A DNA stretch of 64,000 nucleotides. Origin: Octopus vulgaris. Lineage: Eukaryota. The notes under the pieces were generated by a model that saw only the letters and a program-made list of their open reading frames with translations, made no database searches and had not been told where the DNA came from. Within the stretch, counting starts at the first letter, position 1. Every line of letters begins with the position of its first letter. The position numbers and the translations under genes were made by a program. The DNA is taken from assembly GCA_951406725.2 (NCBI GenBank), contig OX597814.1, positions 207,700,001 through 207,764,000 of the forward strand, written 5' to 3'. Positions 62,240-64,000 of the stretch are shown in pieces.

Positions 62240-64000
62240 CAGAGGTGGGCAGTTGTTTTGGCTCAGGAGCCACTTTGAGAGGGCCATGGTTAGCGGAGGG
62301 CCACACCTTCTATAACTGATCATGTTCATTAGTTAACATTACATTTCATTTAATGCAAGGTGTAAATTACATAATAATAATAAATAAATATTACGGAGAT
62401 GTACTTGCATAGCGAGTGACTTGAGATGCAGCACAAAGTTTCATCAGTGAACAGGTCACAGTCTCAAAGCGACGAAAATATTTTGACAAATTAAATTTAA
62501 ATGTTGACGCGAATCTAATGGTTTTTGTGTGTTTCTTAAATGGCTTATAAACACCTTCCACGCTGCAATTGTTTAATAAATAAATAAAACTAAAACAATA
62601 GTGGTACACAGAAAAGGTTTCATTAAATTTATTTCTGTGCAAATTACACATCAGCCAGCACAAGTAATTTAATGAGACAAATGTAACCTGTGACACTTAT
62701 TCACAATTCTTTTGAAATCAGAAGTGAGGTTGCTTGTTGAGATCCTCATCACTACCTGCAAGTTTATGTCAGTCACAGAGGATCTATTTTTACTCTTGTT
62801 GATTTTCATGCAAGAAAAACTTTGCCCACAAATATATGTGGGTCCAAAAATAGAAAACATTTTCCCAGCAATTTTGTTCACACATAGAAATTTGTCAGCT
62901 GATAGACATTTATAAAATTCTGTCAATGTAACAGAATTAAACATTTCTTTCAGTGTGTGATCTGACTGTATGTCAATTTGTTCAAGCTGTACCTCCTCAG
63001 GTTTTGTATCAATATCAGCAGTGAAAGGATAAGAAAAATATTTAAATCAGGCTCAATTTTCTTAAGATCCTCAAATCTTCTTGTGACCTCATCCTCCTCC
63101 AAACTCAGCAAGTGTTCCCTAATCTTGGAAGAAACACTTGCAGGCACTTCCTGTTTTCTTAATAAAGGTAAATGACAAAACTTGCCCTCACTTGCTTGCC
63201 TTGCAAATAGACCTAGTATTGTTTTGAATTATCTCACATGCCTAAACATTTCATGTACAGACAACCCCTTTCCCTGCAATGTCACCTTCAATTCATTTAA
63301 TTTCTCAAACATATCAGCTGCAAACATTACCTCATTTCTCCACTCCTCACATCCCATTTTGGCCATAAAATCACACGAAGCCCCTTCATGTCCAGAAAGA
63401 GGAGGATTTCATTCTGTAATTCCCATTCCCAAACCCGTTTTAGCATTTTGCCCAGGCTCAACCACCAAACACTGTTGTGGTAAATCACATCTCCATACTC
63501 TGCCTCCATATCCTCAAGCAGAGATTTAAATTGTCATGGGTAGAGTGCCCTTGCTCTGAATGTGTTCACCATGCTCACTACAGGATCCACCACATGCTTT
63601 AGGTCCAGTGCAGCTTTACAGAGGCTTTCCTGATGCAAAATACAATGAAATGACAAGATATCACTATCTGAGTGTTCTGCTTTTAACTTGTTCACTAAAA
63701 GTTTAATCATACCCATATTGTTTCCAATAAATTCTCTGGCTCCATCTGTTGTAATACTCTATTATTTTATTATTCTATTATGGAATATTCTATTCCATGA
63801 CAAGGTACTTTTCTCCACACAATCCACAACACATTCAAACAAGTCCTAATCAGTGGGTGTATTTTTCATTGATTCCAAACTAAGTAGTTCTGCTGTGATG
63901 ATGAAATTTTCATCAATTCCACAGACACAGATAAGTAACTGTGCTGTGTCTTGGTTATCAGTGCTTTCATCTAGTGCCAAAGAAAACCAAACAAAATTTT
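62240..64000 (-). mobile_element. Decayed hAT (Charlie/SPIN, GTF2IRD2-like) DNA transposon, runs off window
   Basis: Minus-strand fragments FSLALDESTD..DTAQL, ITTDGA, FHCILHQESLC, VWWLSLGKML, FGPTYICGQSFSCMKINKSKNRS (hAT catalytic and dimerisation motifs) with frameshifts; terminus CAGAGGTGGGCA at 62240. Confidence 0.85.

Noticed and set aside
62240-64000. Domesticated GTF2IRD2/ZBED-like host gene
   Set aside because: Multiple frameshifts and stops plus a retained terminal repeat indicate a dead transposon.

Overview
AT-rich eukaryotic genomic DNA. The repeat landscape (several tRNA-derived SINE families, dense (TA)n/(TG)n/(TAA)n microsatellites) resembles octopus/coleoid cephalopod DNA; this assignment is inference. 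Only one host coding exon is supportable: a 169-nt GT-AG exon (45125-45293, +) encoding the N-terminal half of a SOCS7-like SH2 domain, so most or all of the window is probably large introns of that gene. The rest is layered transposon debris: at least four SINE families, non-autonomous Helitrons, TTAA-flanked piggyBac-type MITEs, RTE and Dong/R4 LINE fragments, a mariner-like end, an RT-deleted Mag-type Gypsy element with nested insertions, a decayed hAT transposase and Penelope-type remnants carrying minimal hammerhead-ribozyme motifs (one with an apparent G3-C8 core swap). Several inverted-repeat structures could form intronic dsRNA. Most ORFs in the supplied track are microsatellite or SINE artefacts. 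I found no evidence of a multi-gene novel system; the best leads are RNA-level.
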